From a virus (Duplodnaviria > Caudoviricetes), in the IMG/VR virus record IMGVR_UViG_3300044616_000326, positions 1 to 52,270 of that record: 52,270 nucleotides of DNA. One strand, 5' to 3'. The stretch's first letter is position 1. Every line of letters starts with the position of its first letter. The notes under the pieces are model-generated. The model searched no databases. It was not told the origin of the DNA and saw only the letters and a list, made by a program, of their open reading frames with translations. Positions 33,601 to 40,252 of this stretch are shown in pieces. A program made the position numbers and the translations under genes.

Positions 33601-35157
33601 GAAGGAGAAATCTTAATGGGCTATGATAACATTGGAGAAGATGAGTTAATTAATTCAGGTGACTATGTTGTAAAAAGTGTATCAGAAGTAAAAGATATTG
33701 AAGTATCAATTACACAAGGTAACTTAACCTCATATGGTATTGAATTTTCATCAGGTAAAAAAGTAAAAGTTAAAGGTTATACAATAACTATTCAAGATGC
33801 CCTTAACTCAAATAAAGATCCTTTTCAAATTAATGTTCCAACTGAAGGAAATGATGAGGCACTTGCCGAAATTGCTAAAGGTATATTAGATCTTAAAGCT
33901 CTATTCTCTAAACTACAAGGTAAAGCTAGAGGATTACTATTTGGTGAAATTAGTCTTTTAACTCAAAAGATAGTATTCAATAAAGACATTATTGAAAATG
34001 GTAGATTCCTTGCTAAAAAAGGAATAGACTACGGCTATGCTCATACCATTCACAAATCTCAAGGAGGAACATACAACAAAGTACTCATCTTTGACGATAG
34101 CATCTCAAGCCTTGCAGCTAATCTAGCTGACAAAAGAAAGCTTGGAATGGACGGTCAAAAAGCAATCAAAGATCAATTGAAATATGTCGCAATCTCTAGA
34201 GCTAGTGAGTATGCATATGTGTACAATCCAAAAGACACTGCGGTAGGGGGATATGATTTCAGAGGTGAAACACCACAACCTATTACTGAAGAAGACTATG
34301 ACACAGCAGCTGTGGCAACATTTTCATTTGCTACGGTAGAAGAGAAACCTACTCCTGCAGTACCAACTAAGGGAGAGATTGAATTAAGATCTGATAATGT
34401 AGATAAAGTATTTAGTGGTAATAAAACTATTACAAACAGAACTAGCTTGATTAATGATGGTAAATATTCTATTAAAGGTTCTACTGATGTTGTAGAAATT
34501 AAATATATAGGTAAATCAACAATCAACGGTAATCAAGTTACGATCACTAATGAAAAAACTGGTAAGGTATCTACAAGAACTCTAGATCAATTAGCAAAAG
34601 CTGAAGGCTTCAAAGATGCTGCAGATTTTAAAGCTAACAATAAGTTTAGCACTAATTATCTTAACGGTACTCAGAGTAGATATCTTTATCAAATAACTCC
34701 AGTATTTGCGGTATCTGCAGATGCTGAGGCTGCAATGGGTAGAATTAATCCTGAGACAAGTACAGACCTACAAGACTTCAGAGATGCTGTTGCACAAAAC
34801 AATAACATCTTCCCAGCTAAATTTACTTCAGCTGCAGGTAGAGTTTATGTCCTTAACTCAGATGGATTATATAACTTAGTAGACCCATTAAGTGGTACTA
34901 CATTAATGAAGAACATTGATTTGACTACAGGTGAGATGGGTGTTCCAAGTAATGTAAATGTTCCAGCAACTAATGCTTACAAAAATGAGTTACTAAAACA
35001 GATTCAAACCTACATAAAAGATTTTAACTTAGAAGAGATATTAGGCCAATATGGTTATGATGTCAAAGACTTGATTGAGAAAGTACAAAATGCTGAGACC
35101 CAAGATCAAGTAGATGAAGTTGCTGCATTAATAAATGAAAAGATTTGTAAATCATGA
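21652..35157 (+). CDS. Giant virion RNA polymerase (two-barrel, crAss-like) fused to zincin, ART-like, SF1B helicase and ASCH-like domains
   Basis: Catalytic GGDFDVDKL (DxDxD at 29110-24), upstream RIP motif and EGDGQGY (~27835). HEAWH..EEILAEDF (24364-24504). YHGT ART-like region (~31800-32480). GYAGTGKT / IVDESSM / GDRGQL / HKSQG / YVAISRA helicase motifs (~32770-34230). GNKTITNR..AKAEGF ASCH-like region (~34375-34700). Confidence 0.85.
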   Translation: MAITCALGTKHIEALAKVIYKKMSTLPQGEVFDINGYMDYLYTKLAEKQGVDSALQYMQQFPYLANIIAAKLIDVVDIDPSVNLAAMAKAFRNPDTGWQEVNARFNRELTPEVLDAVSDYEANTPTQQDYEDEVPTPIAKVSDDRLKATTALSGTLEQFITMNPNDKFEGVVESTDPNKTYIRLALAKIKNLARNLDINATINYQGKFLRLKVVNLKDFPRDERTQQTDDLIGKMIGIGEEESIKNDVTPISQLFALMLTDENGNTIYFNQQGDVTTKEKGGKPVYQMMRDVRLQNGKYTVRDIYNKEDQIMTPTDLAYEMLRFMGYGSVSSYEKNENASFADLVKDLGKQQQEEFKKLYDLKQQALKGKAPLLFVTGASTGILNDVIKQDVKLSDLEGLAPNTIDTFLVLNKDEYGFRSGASIITVDDQSFQVDRIDIPKDISKQIAQALQSKTLKTKEKVAFYNQFFNDKIVNLQSKINNQDFSFVTDTRRHKLIQKNNKLYFVYADYTAAELKANPSLVNTLRYVPLDGSKQSTDKIQEVLNGGKASVKEGKVTKYGAKMNYMNGILNSDFFTYDETNDKLVKSGTYKEFIVGLNPKILLSKSQGLPLYNSYLKFAIPDAYSNKAAKAQQKATQDTRSAVRKFKDDMVEVIKNAPAQSIKITVQNVREVTRNNQPPVYNYDAVIEGQPGVHKFYGAKNKVNQSDEFYLEVTDVTDNGFLFKDVVKALSDTEFGRMDMGSLGDRDFNTETSRGIPIETITAAETEVAEALDELKPEPNTVPDEDIEGDQKELLNPDNTIQPSDSTPISRRLKRDYGKFKLDRGANLSNDVTQEQIDAATTWWNNSPLSKFISLEQVANIVNSNVYARFIAAGSSLLAEQNLDGKLGKILINQATKGSMVDTYHEAWHVFSQLFLTREEKLKLYNEVRNSDPKFKNLSAFAIEEILAEDFRTYALSPKTKKGAPVRNTLFRRILNFLKKLFSRKQSLADQIQPEEISTYGVAGELFNKLFFASNKPELLNDYVPLIENVQFDMLNRGIRQQRAYREDALNERDSLDLVNAMDSMISEEIDNAYAYQKESNGVTANKSGTVNIILKKENEAQLYEFLKENLEDRVAEIKNRLTVAPVKPFNDINTLVDLSTNAIAVIKNSKGDNEYFFLRDQIEDFDNLTLDNKEGERIKGELYKGTIDVIGDFYTHNKIKGTDKTPANIVIVNSLEEAKAQFEAYVKAKETDYTDIVENPNASATQAVLDFDQKLDLERLRIFQTALKNWNKTIKFHKEHSDFNIINKKVRLQESDPALDPEEATNDIEDAAGGEKLKDSVGDVTLQQLADNEVIYMLKSLFALDKDGNHQYDRLGFKKRASFKKVWNALVRSTGSTKDPQEIYNKIVAASAIYPELKQLVEYKLPNPSVEDPINGTSFSITTSFWNAFSLPRIKYIQLLVVPEKDGTTTEVVGTSMDIGSTKRKFTSQFRAQKPNKFISKDKFNNNILNLNAIVKEFIGDDGQLKTGDDAEYRFLKAIGFNYDDLGKIKQTLSDKIIRKDYALGYIFTVFKELRDAQSSGNVTEEGWEIINRFKSNPIDALSKGFGKGIIGAPNSSIYLEGPKLSTAVNKLIELQNKYGATSSNFSVLNAAKKRVNEHTKDNTLTVIADALNSATEKTELFRKGSITSYLDPKRNPWTNNLQTFNSLFDASNKKRAGRSIAIEMASGTQILNKDGSTTTDLDPRSKFIQEFHTMLKAGMQEVLRPGSKSSSFAWRIDGGIEFPGIGSKKDKHLYIDFDTFLSMNNELDAIEKIILPYVSSETARINIFKTNPEAKNYIGYNKPGKDGKPSGEQFNYFDGVLSKETKQEILSKVNTTEVTLLNYLSSDPKLKETIIKEIQSYFEKKSNKLYDYLNEAKYIDPKLLNKYNIPGFTGSQKERLLTKTYMYNSWIHNLETSVIFYGDIAQYDHTKQGFHKRTSGLISNGRRFRTDVSAIRYINEQFNLGKTYASTLAPKYNNFIYDGSLNTAIIEEIKRDSVYIPDIRDGLTKFYTENTKMSADEIKKTVDREIKKYTKEEIKEGDGQGYITFDAYRTLKKLQNKWSDKQEDLFQKIIKGEPIEGPLDEFFPVYKLQNFGYLEDTVLPVTAFHKFALFPLIPSVIKEGSDFDKLHKKMLEQNIQYVTFESGSKVGAITSNGKPDKAFTEDGRFNDSVVFTKNTFNAGFLKEVTNVPNKYKGNVVFPTQLRKLILDGLYEEGALTLPKYSGLVKAYEESVKFNTELLKEELKQEIGYDETKGITNPEKFLKVIKDNLRRKDYPEHLLRALKTNSDGSLKYDLSYFLDAQAIEDTIMSIVEKKFVRQKVKGEALVQVASSFTNNMWTAPTDADIKKHMGSNTLPFYHPGKDGKTNAMKVAISLQGDFYHLLKLKHLDGEAIGTIQRLNQMIKDDKWLDTDNNRKSITMTAVRIPVQGLNSMEFMEVYEFLDPSAGSIIIVPTELVAKSGGDFDVDKLTTFMPNINSETGEVITSNLSREEFFAAYNKATDAEKKEMLKQQKKAVENSFIENIRSILEIPENYATLVKPNDTALLQGLSEELEDKVSDFDKYEKVNGEEVNISGKGTKMISPTTVLEPRYNVAKHGHNIVGKAVLGIAASENAMNPIFNQAGVILPKKYKASEFSKSLSKYVEFGEPIYDMRLFLPHNKTKSGNISLSKIYDETGIDRIADVVSQGMNGWVDVEANEWIFYIQGNYELAPTMLYLIRSGVPREYAVKFVSSPLIREFAEELRKISGPFAGAMGIAAKEKAFERYEATKRVIDRHMREYYNASTSVLQPNDDVTVYYKTFVPNQGWIDIPTKMKYSELRNNINGLIYDLNNVSSVTIDFDGKEREVYVKPSVDNKLFYNSSSKANERYETSGYSLELMDNLIDSYAKTGTVDQNQIIPAMGMLLHFSEIQKQIQGIGRMKRRSKPDTTLFRNIQEIALRDLDIDSLDTLSKVDKASKDRILYESITSSLGDKKLIVDVVSQMLPLRNGEPTDEFIKTALSDEQYKTAIINKFGASNDGLVNFVSSFKNDISNFILQNYLSNFIDANGSIVKIPTEFKEMPVKLSNNLLTDVEIKDGVVYVNSQNLREDFANKSYLDTAEGPRSYAQRPGFEPFKTEQDPFASEEAYIKYAIFRSYMQTKGYTGLELNKIALLNSFNYNALMRNNDYSYTNEVMDVIQKYPNLAIDYPILEQISIHSTSKSTEFNVLTLTDRDVIDAATKDTYARNIRALGNESVQKVEDTKENLRISRLFHMLPLVAIYQHGVGSTLYGFDQVLPQDMVQSAMQNASNLFKLNYWNTKGLAHVFKTTVNTEERQFKNFVVTEAEFNQMPELRAVAAEEDPFEAIENAPTITQPTTKPTEVKSGVQEIFESNPELSNIGSQEQYSQYLNSIFPNSQIKDILYHGTSAYKLGDVIPDFQNRALYLANKKMAQSYAGKTGVVLPVIINSQVLINSPELIGELPETLAVRKEQLKNAKLAEQNKGFFAVNRGIFSVDDIILGEQDIEYYLTEDAYSNRRNQRFEALTGEDLTKFIKFLENRITEIEAGRPIDSFITRADGDPEDFYGVFNPKNVLFLGSTQDIEGFRNFVKNTPVVNQSPQAKTTDDYRYFGSMYTIKLQDGVGVDVEGYKGKAAAKQKLLDAYNTDPNVDPQNGRPFRETPTQLEVQAQNSGNTFVFANGIAIDVPFTLNAEQQAALYKLEDFYNNPAKYKNEITLSGYAGTGKTTILGIFDKYLNKKSYVKPIYTSPTHRANAVTQMKNPKAKVVTLHSLFGLNPMLNLESDQLDIRDVKTESVRKPNIKRGDTIIVDESSMVTNELYDLIQEFKDDMNLKIIFAGDRGQLGPVQNDTKLQSKVFDNSQNQIQLTKVERTGDNPILLNSTRAREGQDFTYITDEIDGNGVEFFDTPDRLNQIMGQNLKEMKESDNPLYFRILSSLNKDVARINIQAREIMFGAEAKKSPYIEGEILMGYDNIGEDELINSGDYVVKSVSEVKDIEVSITQGNLTSYGIEFSSGKKVKVKGYTITIQDALNSNKDPFQINVPTEGNDEALAEIAKGILDLKALFSKLQGKARGLLFGEISLLTQKIVFNKDIIENGRFLAKKGIDYGYAHTIHKSQGGTYNKVLIFDDSISSLAANLADKRKLGMDGQKAIKDQLKYVAISRASEYAYVYNPKDTAVGGYDFRGETPQPITEEDYDTAAVATFSFATVEEKPTPAVPTKGEIELRSDNVDKVFSGNKTITNRTSLINDGKYSIKGSTDVVEIKYIGKSTINGNQVTITNEKTGKVSTRTLDQLAKAEGFKDAADFKANNKFSTNYLNGTQSRYLYQITPVFAVSADAEAAMGRINPETSTDLQDFRDAVAQNNNIFPAKFTSAAGRVYVLNSDGLYNLVDPLSGTTLMKNIDLTTGEMGVPSNVNVPATNAYKNELLKQIQTYIKDFNLEEILGQYGYDVKDLIEKVQNAETQDQVDEVAALINEKICKS

Positions 35158-38100
35158 GAATAGATAGATGTCCTATAGAAACAGATTCAGAATGGCAAAG
35201 AATTCTCTCTGAAACCGGTGGTGACAGAGTAGAAGCCCGCAAAAGATGGGAGGCTGAAGAATTTGATAAAGATGACAAGAGAAATGAGTATAAAGAAATT
35301 GAGGAGTCTGGTGCTGCGGTAACTAAAGCTGAGCCTACCAGAGCTGAAATGGAAGATGACAAAGTCACAAGACTTGTTGAAAATATACGCATCTATCTAG
35401 AAAAGAAAATTAAAGTTCTTGAGAGAAGTAAAGTTTTTAAACAGAAAGAGAAAATCAAAGAGACTAAAGATTTGATTAATATCTTAGAGAACCTGGATGG
35501 TATTAACAGCATTAATGAGTTTGTCAAAGATGCATTTAATAAATCCAAGCAAGCTCATAAGCACTTTAATTTTGTGATTAACAAAATCCAGAATGATGAG
35601 TTAACTAGAAAAGAAGCTATCCAAGAACTTATAGCTATGCAAGATTTTGCAAATAGATATAGTATCATTGATGAGATTCAAAAGTCTGATGTACTTAAGT
35701 TCTTTTCTACTCCTGTTAATGTTGATCAAATGATTAACCAAGATGAAAATGAACTTACTCCACAAGAGATGTTATCATTTACTAAGACAGTAAGAGATAA
35801 TATTAAGACTAAGTTTGTTGCTGAAGGTATCCCATTAATGGCAGATTTCTTATTGGATTATAAACCAATGGGTGTTGATGAGAAAATTAAAAAGGAAGTT
35901 TATCAGCTCCAACAAAAAATTGAAACAATTAAAAATAATCCAAAAAATTCTCAAGAGTTTATTGAAAAGAAAACTAATGAACTTCAAGAAAGAATTGATA
36001 CTATTCTAAACTTTACCCTGGACAAAAAGTCCATGATTGAAGTTCTTGAAAAAGCCAATAAAGATACTGGAGTATTTGATTACTTAACAGCTCCATTAAT
36101 TAGTTCTCCTGATAGTGCTCTAGGCTTATTTGCACGTGCTGTAAAGACAGAAATGGAAACGGCAAGGTTAGAAGATATTGACTTCAGAAAACGTGCTGCA
36201 AAAGCCTTTAATGAATATAAAGCAAGTGTTGGGTCTATGCTTAGAGATAACCCTGCTAAATTTAATGAAGGTTTGTATGAAGAGATTAGTGTTCCAAGAA
36301 CAGATCCCGAGACCGGAGAATATATTAGAACTAAAGACGGTAGAATTATCTTAGATAAGAGAATGGCTTTTGTACAAAAGTATGACCAGTCTTTATTCCA
36401 TAAAGAGAAAGCAAGATTCTTTGAATCTATTGGTAAAAGACCAACCAATCCTACTGATGCACGTGAGTGGTATACAAAAATTAATCAGTGGTTTGATGCT
36501 AATACAGTAGCAAAACCTCAGGAACAGATTGATGAAGTACTTAAGCAAAAAGAACTTGAGAGAAACAGAGGTCTTTTAACTGAAGATGAGTATCAACAGT
36601 GGAGAAAAGAAAATCTAAAACTTGATGAGTCAGATAGAATTATAGGTTATAGATATGGTAAATCTGGTGAACTTGTACAACCATCTGAAAAATATATCAA
36701 TACTAAATGGTCTGCTCTCTATGATAAGAATGGTAAACCACTTAATCCTAAAGGTAAGTATCATGAGTTTCTTGTAACTGAATATTTAAAGTCCCAAGAA
36801 AATTTACCTGATATTCAAAAATTAGGATACATTCTTCCATCTATTGAAAAGACAAATGGAGAACGTTTGTTTGCTAAAGGTATTGTTGATCTTACTAAGA
36901 ATACATTAAGTGAAACATTTAATGTTAAAGCATATGATATTGAATATGGTGTTGACTTAGGACTTGGAGAAGAAGGTAATAAATTCTTACCAGTATATTT
37001 TGTGCAACCAATGAATCCGGATGATGTAAGTCTTAACTTAATGCGCTCTGTATTAATGTTTGGGTCTATGTCAAATAACTATAATGCTCTTAATAATATT
37101 TACTCTGAGATAAGTTTATTTAAAGAGATTATTGGTGAAAGAGAAATTGCTGAAACTAATGCTAAAGGTATTCCAATCATAGACTCTATTGCTAATAGAC
37201 TAGGTTATGATAGATACTTAAAAACTCATGGTACCAACTATTCTGCAAAAAGAGTTAATGACTTTATAGACATGGTAGTCTTTGGAGAATCAAAAGCAAG
37301 ATGGGAAATTGCCGGCATTGCAATTGATAAAGTAATAGATAAGATGATGAACTTCTCATCTATATCTACACTTTCTTTAGACTTACTGAAAGGTATGAAT
37401 AACAACCTACAGGGTAACATTCAATTATTAATTGAAGCTGCCTCAGGTGAATTCTTTGATATAAAAGATTGGGGAAGAGGAAAGAAAGATTACTGGGCAA
37501 ATATTCCAGGTATGCTTGCTGACTTTGGTAAGTTTACTCCAGAAAGTTTATTTGGTCAACTTGTAGAACAATATGACCCTATGCAGGGAGAATACAAAGA
37601 CCAATTTGGTAAAGTAGTTACAGCAAGTGTTGCTAATAAATTATTCTCAACAGATACTATATTCTTTAACCTTCACTTTGGTGAACATGAGATTCAAGTA
37701 TCTACTTTGTTTGCTATGCTTAACAGTAGAATGGTAACTGATAATGAATCAGGTGAAGAGATTTCTTTAATGGATGCCTATAAAAAATATGGCGTTGATC
37801 AGATAAAAAGCAAGACCAGTTTTACTGAAGAGATGAGATTGGATGTGCAGAATAAAATTCATGCACTAAATAAAAGACTCCATGGTATCTACAATAACTT
37901 TGATAAGTCTGTGGCGCAAAAGTATACTCTTGGTAGATTGGGCTTTATGTATAGAAAATTCTTAATCCCTTCTTACACTAGAAGATTTAAGAAGTTAGGT
38001 ATGGACCAAGAACTTGGTTCAATGACTGAAGGATTCTATAGAACATTCTGGAATGCATTTGCTAAAGATATCCTTACATTTAAATCAGGTATGATGTCTC

Positions 38101-38570
38101 AATGGAGTACTCTTTCAGATTTTGAAAAAGCACAAGTAAGAAGAACATTAACTGAGTTAGGATTTATTTTAGCTTTGTCAGCATTAATTTGGGGATTACT
38201 TCTCATGGTTGATGAAGATGATGAAGAGGAAATGAAAAAAAGTTATGCATATAACTTTATGTTCTATCAGGCTATCAGGTTACGAAGTGAAACACAACAG
38301 TACTTACCTGGTTTTGGTTTTAAAGATGCCTACAGGATTGTAAAATCCCCTACAGCAATGACTAATACAGTTGACCACTTTATTAAGTTTATTGATCAGT
38401 TTTTATTTACATGGGATGAAGAGAAATTATCTTATCAAAGAAGAGCTGGTGTATGGGAAAAAGGAGATAATAAATCTTGGGCTTATTTCTTAAAACTAAT
38501 TGGATACACTGGAAATAATATTACTCCTGAACAGGCAGTTAAGAATTTCCAAATGGTACTGAATAAATAA
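35154..38570 (+). CDS. Giant ejection/cargo protein 3 with a C-terminal transmembrane-like helix
   Basis: 1138 aa, with LGFILALSALIWGLLLMV followed by an acidic run. ATGA overlap with the vRNAP stop. Last plus-strand gene. Confidence 0.65.
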   Translation: MRIDRCPIETDSEWQRILSETGGDRVEARKRWEAEEFDKDDKRNEYKEIEESGAAVTKAEPTRAEMEDDKVTRLVENIRIYLEKKIKVLERSKVFKQKEKIKETKDLINILENLDGINSINEFVKDAFNKSKQAHKHFNFVINKIQNDELTRKEAIQELIAMQDFANRYSIIDEIQKSDVLKFFSTPVNVDQMINQDENELTPQEMLSFTKTVRDNIKTKFVAEGIPLMADFLLDYKPMGVDEKIKKEVYQLQQKIETIKNNPKNSQEFIEKKTNELQERIDTILNFTLDKKSMIEVLEKANKDTGVFDYLTAPLISSPDSALGLFARAVKTEMETARLEDIDFRKRAAKAFNEYKASVGSMLRDNPAKFNEGLYEEISVPRTDPETGEYIRTKDGRIILDKRMAFVQKYDQSLFHKEKARFFESIGKRPTNPTDAREWYTKINQWFDANTVAKPQEQIDEVLKQKELERNRGLLTEDEYQQWRKENLKLDESDRIIGYRYGKSGELVQPSEKYINTKWSALYDKNGKPLNPKGKYHEFLVTEYLKSQENLPDIQKLGYILPSIEKTNGERLFAKGIVDLTKNTLSETFNVKAYDIEYGVDLGLGEEGNKFLPVYFVQPMNPDDVSLNLMRSVLMFGSMSNNYNALNNIYSEISLFKEIIGEREIAETNAKGIPIIDSIANRLGYDRYLKTHGTNYSAKRVNDFIDMVVFGESKARWEIAGIAIDKVIDKMMNFSSISTLSLDLLKGMNNNLQGNIQLLIEAASGEFFDIKDWGRGKKDYWANIPGMLADFGKFTPESLFGQLVEQYDPMQGEYKDQFGKVVTASVANKLFSTDTIFFNLHFGEHEIQVSTLFAMLNSRMVTDNESGEEISLMDAYKKYGVDQIKSKTSFTEEMRLDVQNKIHALNKRLHGIYNNFDKSVAQKYTLGRLGFMYRKFLIPSYTRRFKKLGMDQELGSMTEGFYRTFWNAFAKDILTFKSGMMSQWSTLSDFEKAQVRRTLTELGFILALSALIWGLLLMVDEDDEEEMKKSYAYNFMFYQAIRLRSETQQYLPGFGFKDAYRIVKSPTAMTNTVDHFIKFIDQFLFTWDEEKLSYQRRAGVWEKGDNKSWAYFLKLIGYTGNNITPEQAVKNFQMVLNK

Positions 38571-38604
38571 AAAAAGGGGGAGCTTAATACTCCCCCTCTT
38601 CTTT
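38571..38604. terminator. Bidirectional intrinsic terminator between convergent modules
   Basis: GGGGGAG-cttaata-CTCCCCC stem, with an A-run on the left and TCTTCTTT on the right. Confidence 0.8.
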
Positions 38605-38982
38605 ATTAATAAACTTACTTAAGTCTGGCCTAAAATACCCAGGACCTTTTAAAATTTTACCATCTTCACGCAAAACTGGTTTACCATCATCTCCTAATTT
38701 GCTCATATTGCTGGCTTGTATTTCATTAAATACATCTTCTATAATATGTTGCATACCATGTTTAAGAATAGTCCCGCATAAGATATATAACTGATCACCT
38801 AATGCATCAGCAATTTCTACTAGTGAATTCTTAAAGCAAGCTTCTAGGTATTCATCATTCTCTTCTTGCATAAGAGAGTGTCTAAGATTAAACTCATGTT
38901 CTGATAAAGGTTGTGGCCATTTACCATTTTCTTGTTTGAATGCATTGTGGAATATTTCCACAGCTTTTAATTGTTCTTTCAT
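38584..38982 (-). CDS. MazG-like / all-alpha NTP pyrophosphohydrolase
   Basis: EENDEY..EIADALGDQLYI acidic motif, and SNMSK..DGKP..REDGKILKGP tail typical of the phage MazG/dUTPase-like family. Confidence 0.85.
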   Translation of the reverse strand: MKEQLKAVEIFHNAFKQENGKWPQPLSEHEFNLRHSLMQEENDEYLEACFKNSLVEIADALGDQLYILCGTILKHGMQHIIEDVFNEIQASNMSKLGDDGKPVLREDGKILKGPGYFRPDLSKFINKEEGEY

Positions 38983-38986
38983 AAAG

Positions 38987-38994
38987 CAAAGTTA
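38987..38994 (-). promoter_or_regulatory. Bacteroidota-type -7 element TAACTTTG upstream of the MazG-like gene
   Basis: The minus strand reads TAACTTTG-CTTT-ATG, directly after a terminator. Confidence 0.4.
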
Positions 38995-39030
38995 AAAAAA
39001 AAAGGAGATGACTAAAAAGCCATCCCCTTT
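38994..39030 (-). terminator. Intrinsic terminator
   Basis: Minus strand GGGGATGGCT-TTTT-AGTCATCTCC followed by a T10 run. Confidence 0.75.
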
Positions 39031-39066
39031 CTTCTTTTGATATTTATTGTTCCTAACTATAGGCTT

Positions 39067-40251
39067 TTAGAAGAATGTTGAGTCATCATCTTCCTCATCT
39101 GAGAAATCAAATGCAAAGTCATCTTCAGTTTCTATTTGCTGTGTTTCAAATACTAAATGATCTTCTGGTGTAGGTTCTAATAAAACTACTACAGGTTTAA
39201 TAGACTCATCAATGCCATCCATGAACTCACTTTCAGCATCATGTGCAGCACAAGGACTTACTACAACTGACATCTTAGTGTCTTTGTTAAGTTCAATAGT
39301 GTCAAATACTGGTGCTTCAAAAGTATTACCCATTGGATCAGTATAAGTTACTGTTTCTTCAAGAGCTTCAGTTGCTAATGCTGTCTGAACAATTTCAGCT
39401 TCAATTTCTTCAGCTTCTGCAATCTGAACTAAAAGATTAGTTTGATTCTCAGGCTGACCATAGTTATTCAACAATGGGTCAATAACTCTTTCTTCCTCAT
39501 CATTAACTGCAGGTTCTGGTTGAATTGGAAGTGGTTTAGAAAAGTTATTTACACTAGAGATAAAGTAGTGAAGAACTCTCTGATCCTCCATCCATGTTTT
39601 TGGATGAGAAGACTGTAAAGCAGTAGTCACATAGTTATAGAATGCCCATAGACTACTGGTATCTTCAAATACATGTGAAGGTTTGTCCATCTGAGATCTT
39701 ACAATACTAGCTTGCTCAGTTGTAAGTATCTGATACTCAGCAAACAAGATACCAAGAAGTTGAGCTTGTTTTCTCTTATTCATCTTGATTTCTTTCATTA
39801 CATTTTTATCATGCACTAACTGATCATAATACATGTGAGCATTAGCAATCTGTTCTTTAATTGTAGCTACAGTCTCTTCATCTGCTGTACCAGTATGTTT
39901 TCTGGCCCAGCTACCCATATCACCACACACCATGGTGGTGCCAATCTGGTTCACATATGCACCAACACCGCACTTAAATCTTACTTGTTTGTTGTAACTG
40001 TTAGTCCAAGCAAACATCATAGACAACTCAGGATCATTTTGATACTGAAGTCTGTATATACCTTGTGCAATATTGCCATCTGCAGTAGCTCTGTACTCTT
40101 CAGATACAATTCCAAAACCAGCATTAGCTAGTTCTGTATATGCATAATCAATAACTGACTCATGGCTAATTACTGTATAAGTATCTCCATGATCTGGTAG
40201 TGGCACACTAATCAAGTGCGCCTTACTACATTCTTTAATTTTCTTTGGCAT
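39067..40251 (-). CDS. DUF932/DUF945-like protein with acidic C-terminal tail
   Basis: YTVISH..NSYNK..G....V....M..RKHTG..SLWAFYNYVT pattern and a long acidic tail. Confidence 0.6.
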   Translation of the reverse strand: MPKKIKECSKAHLISVPLPDHGDTYTVISHESVIDYAYTELANAGFGIVSEEYRATADGNIAQGIYRLQYQNDPELSMMFAWTNSYNKQVRFKCGVGAYVNQIGTTMVCGDMGSWARKHTGTADEETVATIKEQIANAHMYYDQLVHDKNVMKEIKMNKRKQAQLLGILFAEYQILTTEQASIVRSQMDKPSHVFEDTSSLWAFYNYVTTALQSSHPKTWMEDQRVLHYFISSVNNFSKPLPIQPEPAVNDEEERVIDPLLNNYGQPENQTNLLVQIAEAEEIEAEIVQTALATEALEETVTYTDPMGNTFEAPVFDTIELNKDTKMSVVVSPCAAHDAESEFMDGIDESIKPVVVLLEPTPEDHLVFETQQIETEDDFAFDFSDEEDDDSTFF

Positions 40252-40252
40252 T

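Noticed and set aside
601-37420. Short alternative-frame and antisense ORFs inside the large plus-strand genes
   Set aside because: They are fully nested in long genes, have shadow-like composition and show no motifs.
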